A DNA stretch of 64,000 nucleotides from Promethearchaeati archaeon SRVP18_Atabeyarchaeia-1 (lineage in GTDB: Archaea; Asgardarchaeota; Atabeyarchaeia; Atabeyarchaeales; Atabeyarchaeaceae), in contig CP147779.1 of NCBI GenBank assembly GCA_037308085.1, forward strand, positions 512,001 to 576,000, in the 5' to 3' direction. A program made the translations under genes and the position numbers. Below, piece after piece: positions 7,932 through 20,505 of the stretch. Below the pieces are notes generated by a model. That model worked only from the letters and a program-made list of their open reading frames with translations, searched no databases and had not been told where the DNA came from. Numbering within the stretch: the stretch's first letter is position 1; every line of letters starts with the position of its first letter.

Positions 7932-10900
7932 TTGAGCAAGGAGTTTCTCGATCCATGGGTTGTCATGCAGGCTTTTATCGACGAAGGTATTCTTGCGAGC
8001 CAACACCTGGACTCGTATAACGACTTCGTTGAGAACAGGCTTCAGCAGATCGTTGATGAAGTCGGGAAGATAGAGCCAGATATTGAGGGGTACTACATAA
8101 AGCTCGGCAAGATCGAGATTGGAATGCCGACGGTCAAGGAAGCTGACGGCTCCACGAAGGAAATACATCCCATGGAGGCGCGAATACGAAACCTAACCTA
8201 TTCGGCTCCGATCTACCTTGAGATGACTCTAGTCCATAAGGATGAGAGGACAGGTATTGAGGTTGAGGACAAGCCTTCCAAGGAGTACATCGGTAGGCTC
8301 CCGATAATGTTGAAGTCCGTGAAGTGCCCCCTGTCCAAGATGTATGCTGAGGAACTGATTAAGATCGGGGAAGACCCAAATGACCCTGGAGGCTATTTCA
8401 TCGTCAACGGCTCAGAAAGAGTTATTGTGATCCAGGAGGATCTAGCCTCAAACAGGATTCTAATTGAAGAGGGCTCTGCTGGAGCGTACTCCCATATCGC
8501 GAAGGTCTTCTCGACCTCCCGAGGATTCAGAGCCCCCGTTACTCTTGAGAGAAGGCGCGAAGGATCCCTTCGCCTTTCTTTCCCTTCCGTTCCAGGTAAA
8601 ATCCCTCTGGCCATATTGATGCGGGCGTTGGGGTTGGTGACTGACAAGCAGATCAGTGAAGCCGTTTCGGACGATCCCGACGTTGTCCGTGAGCTCATTC
8701 CGACGCTTCACGAAGCCGATGTCGTTGTCGACCAAAGCGCAGCCTTGGACTACATTGGGCGCAGAGTCGCAGTAGGGCAGACCATCGAGTATCGGCAGAA
8801 GCGAGCTGAACAGGTTCTTGACAAGTATCTTCTCCCTCACATAGGAACGAGCTCAAATGACCGGCTAAAGAAGACCTACTACCTAGGGCAGATGGCTGAG
8901 AGGTTAATTGAGCTTTCACTCCACAAACGTGAGGCCGACGACAAGGACCATTATGCCAACAAGAGGCTGAAACTGGCTGGGGATCTCCTCGTCAGCCTAT
9001 TCAGAGTCGCTTTCCTCAACTTGTGCAGAGACATTAAGTACCAAATTGAGAGAAATGCGATTCGCGGTCGTGTTCCAAGCATCCACACGGCTGTAAGGGC
9101 AGATGTCATAACTGAGAGGCTTCGGCACGCCCTCGCCACAGGAAACTGGGTCGGCGGGAAGGCCGGAGTGAGCCAACTCCTTGACCGCAACAACTACCTT
9201 TCATCATTAAGTCACCTTAGAAGAATAATATCTCCCTTAAGTCGAAGCCAACCCCACTTCGAGGCAAGGGACCTCCACCCCACACACTGGGGCAGAGTGT
9301 GCCCCAGCGAAACCCCAGAGGGCCCGAACTGTGTGGCGCCGGAGACGCTGGTTACGCTTTCAGGAGGTGCCGTCTGCCGCATCGACAACCTGGAGAAGGA
9401 TGAGGTTTGGCGTAGCACTAGTCTGATGTCTTCGACTTGGGATGTGACGGATCGGCCAAGTGTGAACGCTATCCACCCACTGGTGGCGCGGTTCATAAAG
9501 AATAGGACCAGTGAAGCGACATCGAGGTTGTATCGTATTACAACTGACACAGGACGTTCTATACTTGCGACACCAGAACATCCATTCTATACTGATCAAG
9601 GTCGCATTGACGCAAAGCTTCTTGGGCCCGGGATGAGAGTTGCAGTCCTTCCAGCGGCAACCGAGCGTCCTGATTGGAGTGCACAAGTCACAGACGGTGA
9701 GGCTCTCCTCGACGAAAAAGCAATATTGGCATCGTGCCCACCCTACTCGCATAAAGAGACCCATGTCAACTTCCTGAAGCAATTAGGTCTGATACCGCTG
9801 CGGAGGACGAATCCGCACTACCGCATCTTGCTTCGCCTACTGGGATTCTTGTTCGGTGATGGTCACATGTCGATGAGGATCCGCGCTGGATCGTCTGGAA
9901 AGCCAAAATCTGACGTCTCCGTTCATTTCATAGGTAGACCTGAAGACCTCAATGATATCCGCAATGACCTTGCTATCATCGGATTCAGGACTTCTGAGAT
10001 AACAACATCAGAATGCACATCAGTGCTACCTGATCGGATTATACATGGCTTTACTCATCAAACCATTTGCTACCAGATGCCATTTTGGATCCTCATGAGA
10101 GCCTTGGGCGCGCCAGCCGGTGACAAGGTGACACAAGCATTCTCCGTTCCCACGTGGATCCACAACTCATCAAATGCTGAGGTTCGTGAATTCTTGGCGG
10201 CCTTGTTTGGATGCGAGATGCTCAAACCTCTCGTAGACAAAAGGACAGGAAAGACTTTTGTCGCCCCGATGTTCAAGATGGCGAAGGAACTCTCGCTATT
10301 GGATTCATTGAATCGCTTCTTCGAAGACATTCGGCGACTATCTGAGAGATTCGGGATCAAGTTCCCTGAGAAAGCCGTCGTTCCGAAGGAGATTTTCACA
10401 CGAAAAGATGGCATGATTACAAAGAAGTTGCAACTGAATTTCAGCGGCACTGATCAAAGTCTAGCTCTGCTATGGGGTAAGATCGGCTACACTTATAGCA
10501 AGAGGAAAGAATGCCTTGCACAACGAGGATTCGGCTATATTCGAAGCAGATCTATTGATGCGGCTGCCCGGCGGAAGATAGCGGAGCATGTAATGAAAAG
10601 ACAAGAGTATTTGCGAGGGACTCCCACCGAAAAAGCAAAGTCAATACTCAACGAACTGGAGCTAAAAGGAGCAAATGATGGGATTCGGTTGCACGACATC
10701 GTCAACTGGCTCAAGAAGCGCGCTGACCCCACTAGAGTTCGCGCCTCTGCGCTTGACACCCCGACATTCGACCAATGGATCTCAAGAGCCTGCAGAGGAC
10801 TGGACGGTAATGCAGGTCTGGTTTGGGAGAGAATAGAGGCGACACATGAAGAACAAGCCAGATCCGTCCCCGCAGTGGAAGATGTGACGATGGCTGATGA

Positions 10901-12884
10901 AAACCATAATTTCTTTGCAAACGGATTCCTAACTGGGAACTGCGGCTTGGTCAAAAACCTTGCTTTAATGGCTTACATCTCTGTCGGTATTGATGATAGT
11001 CAGGTCGCGGCTAAGTTATTCGATCTTGGGGTCGCATCGATCGAGGCTACTAGGAAGGAGGGCGCGAAGAAAGGCGCTAAGATCTTTCTTAATGGCCGTC
11101 TGGTCGGCTATCACAAGGATCCAGTCAGGTTCAGGACGCAGCTGGTTGCCCTCCGGCGCAGAGGCGAGATCAGCAACGAGGTGAATGCTGCATACTACGC
11201 TGATGCGGAAGAGGTTCAGATCAACTGTGACGCGGGCAGGGTTCGACGTCCCCTCTTCATTGTGGAGAATGGCCGGCCGAAGCTCACTCTTGAACACATA
11301 GAGAAACTGCGTAACCGCGAGTGGAGATTCGGCGATCTCGTGAGAAGTGCGATCATCGAGTATCTCGATGCCGAGGAGGAGGAGAATGCTTACGTCGCGA
11401 TTGGACCGGAGTCGTTGACATCTGAGCATAACTACATGGAGCTTGCCGCTTCATCTGTCCTAGGTATTTGCGCCTCAGTTATCCCGTATCCTCAACATAA
11501 TCAGTCACCTAGGAATACTTACGAGGCGGGAATGGCTAAGCAGGCGCTGGGGCTTTTCAGTGCAAACTACAGGCTTAGGGTTGATACTCGCTCTCATGTA
11601 CTCCACTACCTCCAGATGTCTTTGGTCAAGACGAAGGCTATGGACGCGATCAAGTACATAAAGCGCCCAGCTGGGCAGAACTTCGTCGTGGCTATACTAT
11701 CCTTGTCCGGGTACAACATGGAAGATGCCCTGATAATGAATAAATCCTCTGTAGAGAGAGGGCTATCCCGTTCAACCTTCTTCCGTTGCTATGAAGCTGA
11801 GGAAAGAAAATACCCTGGCGGCCAGGAAGATAGGTTTGAGATTCCAGACAAAACCGTGAGAGGATATCGCGCAGCAGAGGTTTACCGGCATCTGGGCGAA
11901 GATGGCATAATTGAGCCAGAGACCGATGTCACAGGTGGAGACGTCCTTATCGGAAGAACAAGTCCTCCCCGCTTCCTAGAGGAATACACCGAGTTTGAGG
12001 TGCCAAGTCCTACTAGGAGAGAGACCTCCACTAATCTCAGGTATGGTGAAGCCGGCACTGTTGACACGGTCATCCTTGGTGAGACGGTCGAAGGAAATCG
12101 CCTGGTTAAAGTGAAAGTCCGCGACTCAAGAGTGCCTGAGCTTGGAGACAAATTCGCTTCACGCCACGGTCAGAAAGGCATTCTAGGTCTGCTTGTCCCC
12201 CACGAAGACATGCCCTTCACCGAGGACGGAATCGTACCTGACCTTGTTATCAACCCTCACGCGATACCATCAAGAATGACCATAGGCCAACTGATAGAAT
12301 CAATCGCTGGGAAGGTTGGTTCACTGTCCGGGCGGTATGTTGATGGGACAGCGTTCTCAGGCGAGAAGGTTCCAGCCCTTTACCAAGAGCTACACAAATT
12401 GGGCTTTAAGTACAATGGCAAAGAAGTAATGTATAATGGCATAACTGGCGAGAAGTACGACGTTGACATATTCATAGGTGTAGTGTACTATCAGAAACTC
12501 CATCATATGGTTGCTGACAAACTGCACGCCCGGGCGAGGGGCCCTGTTCAAATACTGACCAGGCAGCCGACAGAAGGGCGCGCCAGAGAAGGAGGCCTCA
12601 GGTTTGGGGAGATGGAGAGAGACTGCCTGATAGGACACGGGGCAACACTTCTCTTGAAGGAGCGGTTGCTTGAGGAATCTGATAAGTGCGTCGTCCTGAT
12701 ATGCGAGAATTGCGGTATGCTTGCAGCGTACGATCGAAGCCGGGACAGATACTACTGCAGAGTATGCGGAGATAAGGGCAGGATCTCGAGGGTTGAAATG
12801 TCCTACGCATTCAAGCTACTGCTTCAGGAACTTGTAAGTCTGGGCATAGCTCCGAGGTTGCTCCTCAAAGAGCGTGCATCATAG
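7932..12884 (+). CDS. rpoB: RNA polymerase subunit Rpo2/B (unsplit), intein-containing
   Basis: [38 protein letters not shown] motifs and C-terminal Zn ribbon. Confidence 0.97.
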   Translation: MSKEFLDPWVVMQAFIDEGILASQHLDSYNDFVENRLQQIVDEVGKIEPDIEGYYIKLGKIEIGMPTVKEADGSTKEIHPMEARIRNLTYSAPIYLEMTLVHKDERTGIEVEDKPSKEYIGRLPIMLKSVKCPLSKMYAEELIKIGEDPNDPGGYFIVNGSERVIVIQEDLASNRILIEEGSAGAYSHIAKVFSTSRGFRAPVTLERRREGSLRLSFPSVPGKIPLAILMRALGLVTDKQISEAVSDDPDVVRELIPTLHEADVVVDQSAALDYIGRRVAVGQTIEYRQKRAEQVLDKYLLPHIGTSSNDRLKKTYYLGQMAERLIELSLHKREADDKDHYANKRLKLAGDLLVSLFRVAFLNLCRDIKYQIERNAIRGRVPSIHTAVRADVITERLRHALATGNWVGGKAGVSQLLDRNNYLSSLSHLRRIISPLSRSQPHFEARDLHPTHWGRVCPSETPEGPNCVAPETLVTLSGGAVCRIDNLEKDEVWRSTSLMSSTWDVTDRPSVNAIHPLVARFIKNRTSEATSRLYRITTDTGRSILATPEHPFYTDQGRIDAKLLGPGMRVAVLPAATERPDWSAQVTDGEALLDEKAILASCPPYSHKETHVNFLKQLGLIPLRRTNPHYRILLRLLGFLFGDGHMSMRIRAGSSGKPKSDVSVHFIGRPEDLNDIRNDLAIIGFRTSEITTSECTSVLPDRIIHGFTHQTICYQMPFWILMRALGAPAGDKVTQAFSVPTWIHNSSNAEVREFLAALFGCEMLKPLVDKRTGKTFVAPMFKMAKELSLLDSLNRFFEDIRRLSERFGIKFPEKAVVPKEIFTRKDGMITKKLQLNFSGTDQSLALLWGKIGYTYSKRKECLAQRGFGYIRSRSIDAAARRKIAEHVMKRQEYLRGTPTEKAKSILNELELKGANDGIRLHDIVNWLKKRADPTRVRASALDTPTFDQWISRACRGLDGNAGLVWERIEATHEEQARSVPAVEDVTMADENHNFFANGFLTGNCGLVKNLALMAYISVGIDDSQVAAKLFDLGVASIEATRKEGAKKGAKIFLNGRLVGYHKDPVRFRTQLVALRRRGEISNEVNAAYYADAEEVQINCDAGRVRRPLFIVENGRPKLTLEHIEKLRNREWRFGDLVRSAIIEYLDAEEEENAYVAIGPESLTSEHNYMELAASSVLGICASVIPYPQHNQSPRNTYEAGMAKQALGLFSANYRLRVDTRSHVLHYLQMSLVKTKAMDAIKYIKRPAGQNFVVAILSLSGYNMEDALIMNKSSVERGLSRSTFFRCYEAEERKYPGGQEDRFEIPDKTVRGYRAAEVYRHLGEDGIIEPETDVTGGDVLIGRTSPPRFLEEYTEFEVPSPTRRETSTNLRYGEAGTVDTVILGETVEGNRLVKVKVRDSRVPELGDKFASRHGQKGILGLLVPHEDMPFTEDGIVPDLVINPHAIPSRMTIGQLIESIAGKVGSLSGRYVDGTAFSGEKVPALYQELHKLGFKYNGKEVMYNGITGEKYDVDIFIGVVYYQKLHHMVADKLHARARGPVQILTRQPTEGRAREGGLRFGEMERDCLIGHGATLLLKERLLEESDKCVVLICENCGMLAAYDRSRDRYYCRVCGDKGRISRVEMSYAFKLLLQELVSLGIAPRLLLKERAS
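9330..10940 (+). mobile_element. LAGLIDADG intein in RpoB (537 aa)
   Basis: Inserted at ETPEGPN|CGLVKN; starts C-VAPET, block [26 protein letters not shown], ends [12 protein letters not shown]. Confidence 0.93.
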
Positions 12885-12904
12885 AGCGGAGGTGTATCTA
12901 CGCC

Positions 12905-15900
12905 TTGTCATCGCGCGTTCCAAAGATCATTGAGAAGATCAGATTTGGATTCTTGTCACCAGACGAGATCAGAAAACTCTCAGTAACTAGGATAATTACG
13001 GCCGACACATATGATGAGGATGGGTTGCCAATAGACTCAGGCCTAATGGACTCCAGACTCGGCACGGTTGAGCCTGGGAGAAGATGCAAGACTTGCGGTA
13101 ACCGCGTGGGAGACTGCCCAGGGCACTTCGGTCACATCGAGCTAGCGAGGCCAGTAATACATGTTGGATTCAACAAGTTGATCTACAAAGCATTGAGGGT
13201 GACCTGTAGGAAGTGCAGCAGGGTTCTGCTCAAAGACGAGGAGCTGGAGAAGTTCAAGAAGGAAATGGAGTCATGGGAGAAAACCTGGAACACGCTAAGC
13301 GAAGATATTACCGATGAGGTTGTGAAGCGCGCTATCCGTGTGGCTGAGTGTCCCCATTGTCAAGAGGCCCAACGCAAGATAGGCTTCGAGAAGCCCACCT
13401 CCTATACTGAGGAGACTGAAGCGGGACCAGTGAGGCTCACCCCGAGCGACATTAGAGACAGGCTGGAGCGAATTCCAGATGAAGACGAAAAGCTGTTGGG
13501 CATCAATCCGAAGCATGCCAGACTTGAATGGACGGTTCTGACTGTCCTCCCAGTCCCTCCGATAACTGTCCGTCCATCAATCACGCTGGAGTCCGGCGTG
13601 AGGTCCGAAGATGATTTGACGCACAAGCTGGTGGATGTTGCAAGAATAAACCAGAGGCTTAAGGAGAACATTGATGCCGGTGCCCCGCAACTCATCGTTG
13701 AAGATTTGTGGGAGCTACTGCAGTATCACGTGATAACCTATTTTGATAATGAAGTATCGGGTATACCGCCCGCGCGGCACAGGTCCGGACGGGCGCTGAG
13801 AACCTTGGCTCAGCGCCTCAAAGGCAAAGAAGGTCGATTTAGGAGCAACCTCTCGGGGAAGCGCGTTGACTTCTCAGCCAGAACAGTCATCTCTCCAGAT
13901 CCAAACATCAGCATCAATGAAGTAGGCGTGCCTTACGATGTGGCCAAGATCCTCACCATCCCAGAAAGGATAACTAATTGGAACATCGAAGAGGAGAAGC
14001 GCCTAGTCAGAAACGGTCCAGACAAGCACCCAGGCGCGAACTACGTGATCCGCCTAGACGGCAGAAGAGTGGATCTGAGGTTTGTAAAGGATCTCGACTC
14101 AATTGCAGATACCATCGAACCAGGATTCATAGTGGAACGCCACCTCAAAGAAGGCGACACCGTTCTATTCAACAGGCAACCATCACTTCACAGAATGTCC
14201 ATCATGGCCCATGAAGTTCGAGTCATGCCGTTCAAGACTTTTAGGCTGAACCTCTGCGTCTGCCTATCTGGAGACACCGAACTGTACACCGATCTCGGCA
14301 GAGTTCCTATTGCTGGGCTTGCCAGAGACAACCTTGACTGCGCGCCGCTTTCCTGCGACTGGCAGAAGAACAAGGAAGCGTACTTCTCTGGAATAGCCAG
14401 TCTTCACGTCGTTGATCCCAAGAGGCTAGGCCTGAAGTCGTACCAGATCACAACCGAGAACGGGCGAGTCATAAGAGCCACAGCGGAACATCCATTCTAC
14501 ACTATGCGCGGAATTGTCAAGGCGGGAGAATTGAAATGCGAAGACTCGGTAGTAGTCTATCCAATTGAAATCCCGCTTGCAGGTGGATGCCCTGACATTC
14601 TCACTCAAGAACAAATCATAAATGCCTTACCCGACCACACTTACACGCGCTATACAGTGACTCAACTCAATGCCATGGGTCTCACCGATGTATCAGCCGA
14701 CTCAGGCAAACAAATCCGGCTTGCCAGCCTTGTTGGGCATCTGTTTGGAGATGGCACTCTCCTTATTGGAGAAGAAGGTGGCCGCGTTGTTTTCCGCGCC
14801 GCAGATATGAAGGACATTCGCAGTCTCTGGGAGACTGCCCAAAGCCTCAATCTTAGCCCGACGGCCATCGAAGAATCCAAGCCAGGGGAGTTCAATATTA
14901 CTCGTGCTGATGGCAAGATACTAAAACCGCGAGGCAAGACGTACATCTTCGAAGTTAGGCGGAAACCCGTTGCGGTAGCTTTCAAGGCATTGGGCGTGCC
15001 TGAGGGCGATAAGGTAGCTCAGGAGTACAGGGTTCCGAAATGGCTGAACGATGCTCCAAAAATGGCTAGACGCGCTTTCCTTAGGGCATATTTCGGGTGC
15101 GAACTCTCTACACCCCGCCTTCACACTAGCTCAGGTTCCAAGTTTAACCAGCCTGTTTTCAAGATTACTAAGGTCGAGGGTTTGTCTGTTGAGCTCTTCT
15201 TGCAGGATATTCAAGCATTACTAGACGATTTTGGCGTTCATTTATCTTCAATTACATCGGAAGACGGCAACCTAAGGAAAGAGGGTAGGAAATCCATTAC
15301 CTATGTCTGTAACTTCGCCGACAACGATGACAACCTCTTAGCTCTTTTCAAAAGAATTGGCTATGAGTTTGATCACAAGAAAGAGGAACTTGCTCGGCTT
15401 GCAAGTGAATACATAACAGCCAAGAATAGAGCCAAAGCTAAGGCATCTGCGCACCTCGAAACGGCGCTTGCCCTCAGAAAGCAAGGACTTACCTATGAAG
15501 CCATTGCCAAAGCGATTGGTCATTATTCATGGGCCACTGTTGCCTCTTGGCTGTGGAACGACCGTACAGCTGCAGGATTGCCAGCCAATTTCCCTGATTT
15601 CTACACTTGGAGAAAGTCTGCGGCAAAAGGGCTGAAACAGGGTTTCGCGTGGGACAGGATAACCAACATTGAGGAAATCGAACTACAACGCGCGTATGAT
15701 ATCACGACTACCGATAGTAACCACAACTTTGTTGCCGCAGAGTTCCTCACGAAAAATTGCCCGCCGTATAACGCTGATTTTGATGGGGACGAGATGAATT
15801 TGCATGTTCCTCAGAGTGAGGAGGCGCGTGCTGAGGCGAAGATTCTGATGCGTGTGCAGGAGCAGATTCTCTCACCTAGGTATGGTGGACCAATTATCGG

Positions 15901-17059
15901 TGGGATACAGGACTACATATCGGCTGCGTATTTGCTTACCAAGAGAGGGACCTATCTGACGCGGAAAGAGGTCAGCTCTCTCGCTCTGGCGGGAGGAATA
16001 AAGGAAGAACTCCCTGATCCTGAGACGAAGGACCCGGCTAGGTGGAGCGGCAAACAGATAATTAGCACGCTCCTTCCTAAGGACATGAACTACACGTGGA
16101 AGGCTAAGATATGCCACAAGTGCGATGAATGCAAGAAGGAAGATTGTGATTATGACGCGTACTGCGTCGTCAAGGATGGGAAGTTGGTGTCCGGCGTATT
16201 CGACAAGAACGCGTTCGGTGCAGGGGTTCCTGAAAGTATCTTTCACTCAATAGTGAAAAACTATGGTAGCGACGCAGCCAGGGTTTTTCTCGACTCCATC
16301 ACGAGGCTCCTTCTTTCTTTCATAACACTCAAGGGCTTCACAATGGGCATAGACGATGTCGAACTTAAAGAGGAAGCTGTGAACAGGATTAGAGAGATCT
16401 TGGACGAGGGGCAACGCAAAGTCGATCAGCTGATCGGGATCTACAAGAGAAGCGAGATGGAAACCCTCCCAGGTCGCACTCTTGAAGAAACCCTCGAGAT
16501 GAGAATAATGCAGGAACTCTCAGAAGCGAGAGACGGAGCAGGCGACATAGCCGACCAGTACCTTGGTATGAAAAATCACGCCGTAATCATGGCCAGAAGT
16601 GGAGCCAGAGGAGATAGGCTCAACCTAGCCCAGATGGCAGCCTGCGTCGGGCAACAATCAGTTCGAGGAGCGCGCATAATGAGGGGGTACCAGGACCGAA
16701 GCCTTTCGCACTTCAAATCAGGCGATCTCGGCTCCGAAGCTAGGGGGTTTGTCTCAAACTCCTATCGCTCCGGACTTACACCTATTGAGTTCTTTTTCCA
16801 TGCGATGGGAGGAAGGGAAGGACTCGTCGATACGGCAGTTCGCACTTCAACGAGTGGCTACATGCAGCGTCGTCTGATCAACGCTCTACAGGACATCAAG
16901 GTGGAGTACGACGGCACAGTTAGAACTTCGGTGGGCCGGATAGTCCAGTTTCAGTATGGCGAGGATGGAGTTGACCCGTCCAAGAGTTATCATGGACACG
17001 CGGTGGACATAGACGCGATACTGAAAAGAAATCTTGGCGAGAAATTCAAGAAGCGGTGA
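12905..17059 (+). CDS. rpoA1: RNA polymerase subunit Rpo1N/A', intein-containing
   Basis: CPGHFGHIEL, GKRVDFSAR, NADFDGDEMN, GGREGLVDTA motifs. Confidence 0.97.
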   Translation: MSSRVPKIIEKIRFGFLSPDEIRKLSVTRIITADTYDEDGLPIDSGLMDSRLGTVEPGRRCKTCGNRVGDCPGHFGHIELARPVIHVGFNKLIYKALRVTCRKCSRVLLKDEELEKFKKEMESWEKTWNTLSEDITDEVVKRAIRVAECPHCQEAQRKIGFEKPTSYTEETEAGPVRLTPSDIRDRLERIPDEDEKLLGINPKHARLEWTVLTVLPVPPITVRPSITLESGVRSEDDLTHKLVDVARINQRLKENIDAGAPQLIVEDLWELLQYHVITYFDNEVSGIPPARHRSGRALRTLAQRLKGKEGRFRSNLSGKRVDFSARTVISPDPNISINEVGVPYDVAKILTIPERITNWNIEEEKRLVRNGPDKHPGANYVIRLDGRRVDLRFVKDLDSIADTIEPGFIVERHLKEGDTVLFNRQPSLHRMSIMAHEVRVMPFKTFRLNLCVCLSGDTELYTDLGRVPIAGLARDNLDCAPLSCDWQKNKEAYFSGIASLHVVDPKRLGLKSYQITTENGRVIRATAEHPFYTMRGIVKAGELKCEDSVVVYPIEIPLAGGCPDILTQEQIINALPDHTYTRYTVTQLNAMGLTDVSADSGKQIRLASLVGHLFGDGTLLIGEEGGRVVFRAADMKDIRSLWETAQSLNLSPTAIEESKPGEFNITRADGKILKPRGKTYIFEVRRKPVAVAFKALGVPEGDKVAQEYRVPKWLNDAPKMARRAFLRAYFGCELSTPRLHTSSGSKFNQPVFKITKVEGLSVELFLQDIQALLDDFGVHLSSITSEDGNLRKEGRKSITYVCNFADNDDNLLALFKRIGYEFDHKKEELARLASEYITAKNRAKAKASAHLETALALRKQGLTYEAIAKAIGHYSWATVASWLWNDRTAAGLPANFPDFYTWRKSAAKGLKQGFAWDRITNIEEIELQRAYDITTTDSNHNFVAAEFLTKNCPPYNADFDGDEMNLHVPQSEEARAEAKILMRVQEQILSPRYGGPIIGGIQDYISAAYLLTKRGTYLTRKEVSSLALAGGIKEELPDPETKDPARWSGKQIISTLLPKDMNYTWKAKICHKCDECKKEDCDYDAYCVVKDGKLVSGVFDKNAFGAGVPESIFHSIVKNYGSDAARVFLDSITRLLLSFITLKGFTMGIDDVELKEEAVNRIREILDEGQRKVDQLIGIYKRSEMETLPGRTLEETLEMRIMQELSEARDGAGDIADQYLGMKNHAVIMARSGARGDRLNLAQMAACVGQQSVRGARIMRGYQDRSLSHFKSGDLGSEARGFVSNSYRSGLTPIEFFFHAMGGREGLVDTAVRTSTSGYMQRRLINALQDIKVEYDGTVRTSVGRIVQFQYGEDGVDPSKSYHGHAVDIDAILKRNLGEKFKKR
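14261..15757 (+). mobile_element. LAGLIDADG intein in RpoA' (499 aa)
   Basis: Inserted at RLNLCV|CPPYNADFDGD; starts C-LSGDT, ATAEHPF, LVGHLFGDG/FLRAYFGCE, ends HNFVAAEFLTKN. Confidence 0.93.
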
Positions 17060-18256
<1,197 letters not shown>

Positions 18257-18319
18257 CTGACCCATCCCAGCGCCGATCTCAACAGATAATTCATCCTATG
18301 AGAATGGAAGTGTGATGAA

Positions 18320-18679
18320 ATGCCGCGAAGTAGTAGAGAAGAGAGTACTGAGAGCCTAGATAAACAGGACATATCGAAATCCATACGGATTGCAGTCAAG
18401 ACGGGGGTAGTCGTTATCGGATTTGAGAGCACACTCAAGGCGATCAAGAAAGGAAAAGCCAGGCTTGTCATAGTGGCGAGGAATCCCGACGAAGATCTCA
18501 GAAAGCAGATCGAGTACTACAGTGGGCTGTCTCAGATACCAGTGTACGAATTCAAATCTTCATCATGGGATCTTGGGTCGACTTGTGGCAAGCCCTTCAT
18601 GATTTCGGCTATGGCCATCCAGGAACCCGGGGATTCCAACATTATTCAAATAGCAGCTGGAGGACGCAGGAATGAATAG
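18320..18679 (+). CDS. rpl30e: 50S ribosomal protein L30e
   Basis: KTGVVVIG...LGSTCGKPF...GDSNI; conserved operon position. Confidence 0.95.
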   Translation: MPRSSREESTESLDKQDISKSIRIAVKTGVVVIGFESTLKAIKKGKARLVIVARNPDEDLRKQIEYYSGLSQIPVYEFKSSSWDLGSTCGKPFMISAMAIQEPGDSNIIQIAAGGRRNE

Positions 18680-19109
18680 TGGAGTTAAACTAACGACAGA
18701 CGAGATTCAGTACATAAGGCTGTTCGAGGGAGTCACAGGAGCGGTCGCCAAGGATGTTGTAGTCGATGAGAAGAGCAACAGAGTGATATTTGTAATAAAG
18801 GCTGGCGACATCGGGTTGGCCATAGGAAGGAAAGGCTCTAATGTGAAGCGGGTCGAAGATCAATTGCGCAAGGAAGTTGAGATCGTCGAATATTCAGAAT
18901 CAGCAGAGGATTTTGTGAAGAACACTCTCGCTCCGGCGCACATAAAATCAGTAAAGGTAACCGAGAGGAAGGAAGGGCATAGAGCTGCGATAGTCACGGT
19001 GGAACCGAAGGATCGTGGATTAGCAATAGGGAAGAATGGTAAGAATGTCGCACGAGCGAGGCTTCTCGTTAACAGGCACTTTGGCATAAACGATGTTGTA
19101 ATAACCTAA
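18672..19109 (+). CDS. nusA: archaeal NusA (KH domains)
   Basis: Two AIGxxG KH motifs; follows L30e. Confidence 0.95.
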   Translation: MNSGVKLTTDEIQYIRLFEGVTGAVAKDVVVDEKSNRVIFVIKAGDIGLAIGRKGSNVKRVEDQLRKEVEIVEYSESAEDFVKNTLAPAHIKSVKVTERKEGHRAAIVTVEPKDRGLAIGKNGKNVARARLLVNRHFGINDVVIT

Positions 19110-19199
19110 GCAATCCGGATTTAGGCTGAAGAAAGATAAATAAAGGATTCGCGGTTAATGAATGCAACGGATATTCCTAGCTTTTGTGTGGTGACTGAT

Positions 19200-19766
19200 T
19201 TGTCCGAAATAAAGCTCTTTGGTCGCTGGAGCTACAAAGACATAAAAGTCAATGATGTTGGTCTCAAGAGATACATCTCGCTTCGCCCAGTATACGCGCC
19301 ACATACTGAAGGTCGTCACGAACACAGGAAATTCCACAAATCAGACGTTCCTATAGTTGAACGCCTGGTGAACCGTCTCATGAAGACAGGCAAGAATACC
19401 GGGAAGAAGCATCTGGCAACCAATATTGTTAAGGCGGCATTTGAGATCATCGAGCTCAAAACTCACGAGAACCCAATCAAGATTCTGGTTCAGGCAATAG
19501 AGAATGCGTCACCGAGAGAGGAAACAACAAGGATCAGCTACGGCGGCATTGTGTATCACCAGTCCGTTGATGTTGCGCCACAGCGCCGAATTGACATAGC
19601 AATAAGATTGATCATGGAAGGGACATGGTCTGCCTCCTTCAAGAATCCGAAGACGATAGAGGAATGCTTAGCTGACGAGATCATAGGGGCTGCCACGAAA
19701 GCTCCGAAGTCTTATGCTATGTCGAAGAAGGACGAAAAAGAGCGTATAGCCTTCTCGGCTAGATAG
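19200..19766 (+). CDS. rps7: 30S ribosomal protein S7
   Basis: IKLFGRW, PREETTRI, VDVAPQRR motifs; TTG start after GGTGA RBS inferred. Confidence 0.95.
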   Translation: MSEIKLFGRWSYKDIKVNDVGLKRYISLRPVYAPHTEGRHEHRKFHKSDVPIVERLVNRLMKTGKNTGKKHLATNIVKAAFEIIELKTHENPIKILVQAIENASPREETTRISYGGIVYHQSVDVAPQRRIDIAIRLIMEGTWSASFKNPKTIEECLADEIIGAATKAPKSYAMSKKDEKERIAFSAR

Positions 19767-19803
19767 GGACTCGACTGGCTCCTCCCCCAACTTTGCTGTT
19801 TCT

Positions 19804-20466
19804 CTACCCTTTCTCCTTCTCTTTCTTGGATTTCCCTGACGGCGCACTGGTCTCGAGTTCACTTCTCAACTGGTCGAGTTCTTTTTCAACTTCCTTCCGC
19901 TCAACACTCTTGTCCGAAGAGGGAACCTTAGGGAGCTGACCACCTTCTTCCAGAGCAACCTCAGCTTCCAACTTCTCAAGCTCGCCATCGACGCTAGGTT
20001 CGCCTTCGTCCACTGCAAGCCCAGAACTCAGAATCTCAGATGTCTGCTCAACCTCGCGCATCAGTGACTCAGTCTTGGCGATCTGCTCAACTGACCTCTC
20101 GACATCGACCAGCTTCTGGGCGCGAGAAAGCTCACCAGCTGCAAGGTTAAGGGCTTGATACATTTCGACATCGTCATGAGAACCTTCAATAGCCGTTATT
20201 GAGTCTTCTAGACTAGCTCTCATGCGGTCATACCTATTCATAAGAGTTTGACATCTCTGCCATCTGCCAAGGTAGAACTTACCCGCCGTCTTGTTCCTGT
20301 GTCTGATACTCTCCTTGGCTTTTTCATAGTACTCCATCGCCTGCCTCTCGAAACCACGGCTCCTAAAGGTCAGCTTGTTTACTGTTGATCTTATCTGTGC
20401 GACGCTCTCATCCTTGCTCTTCTTCTTACCGAAGATCCTCCCGATAATGTCGCTCAAATCAACCAC
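19804..20466 (-). CDS. ESCRT-III Snf7-family protein (Vps20/32/60-like)
   Basis: N-terminal amphipathic IIGRIFGKKK, coiled-coil core, acidic tail with LPKVPS motif. Confidence 0.75.
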   Translation of the reverse strand: MVDLSDIIGRIFGKKKSKDESVAQIRSTVNKLTFRSRGFERQAMEYYEKAKESIRHRNKTAGKFYLGRWQRCQTLMNRYDRMRASLEDSITAIEGSHDDVEMYQALNLAAGELSRAQKLVDVERSVEQIAKTESLMREVEQTSEILSSGLAVDEGEPSVDGELEKLEAEVALEEGGQLPKVPSSDKSVERKEVEKELDQLRSELETSAPSGKSKKEKEKG

Positions 20467-20505
20467 TCAACTATCTAACTGGACAGACTAGACGGAATAC
20501 TGCCT

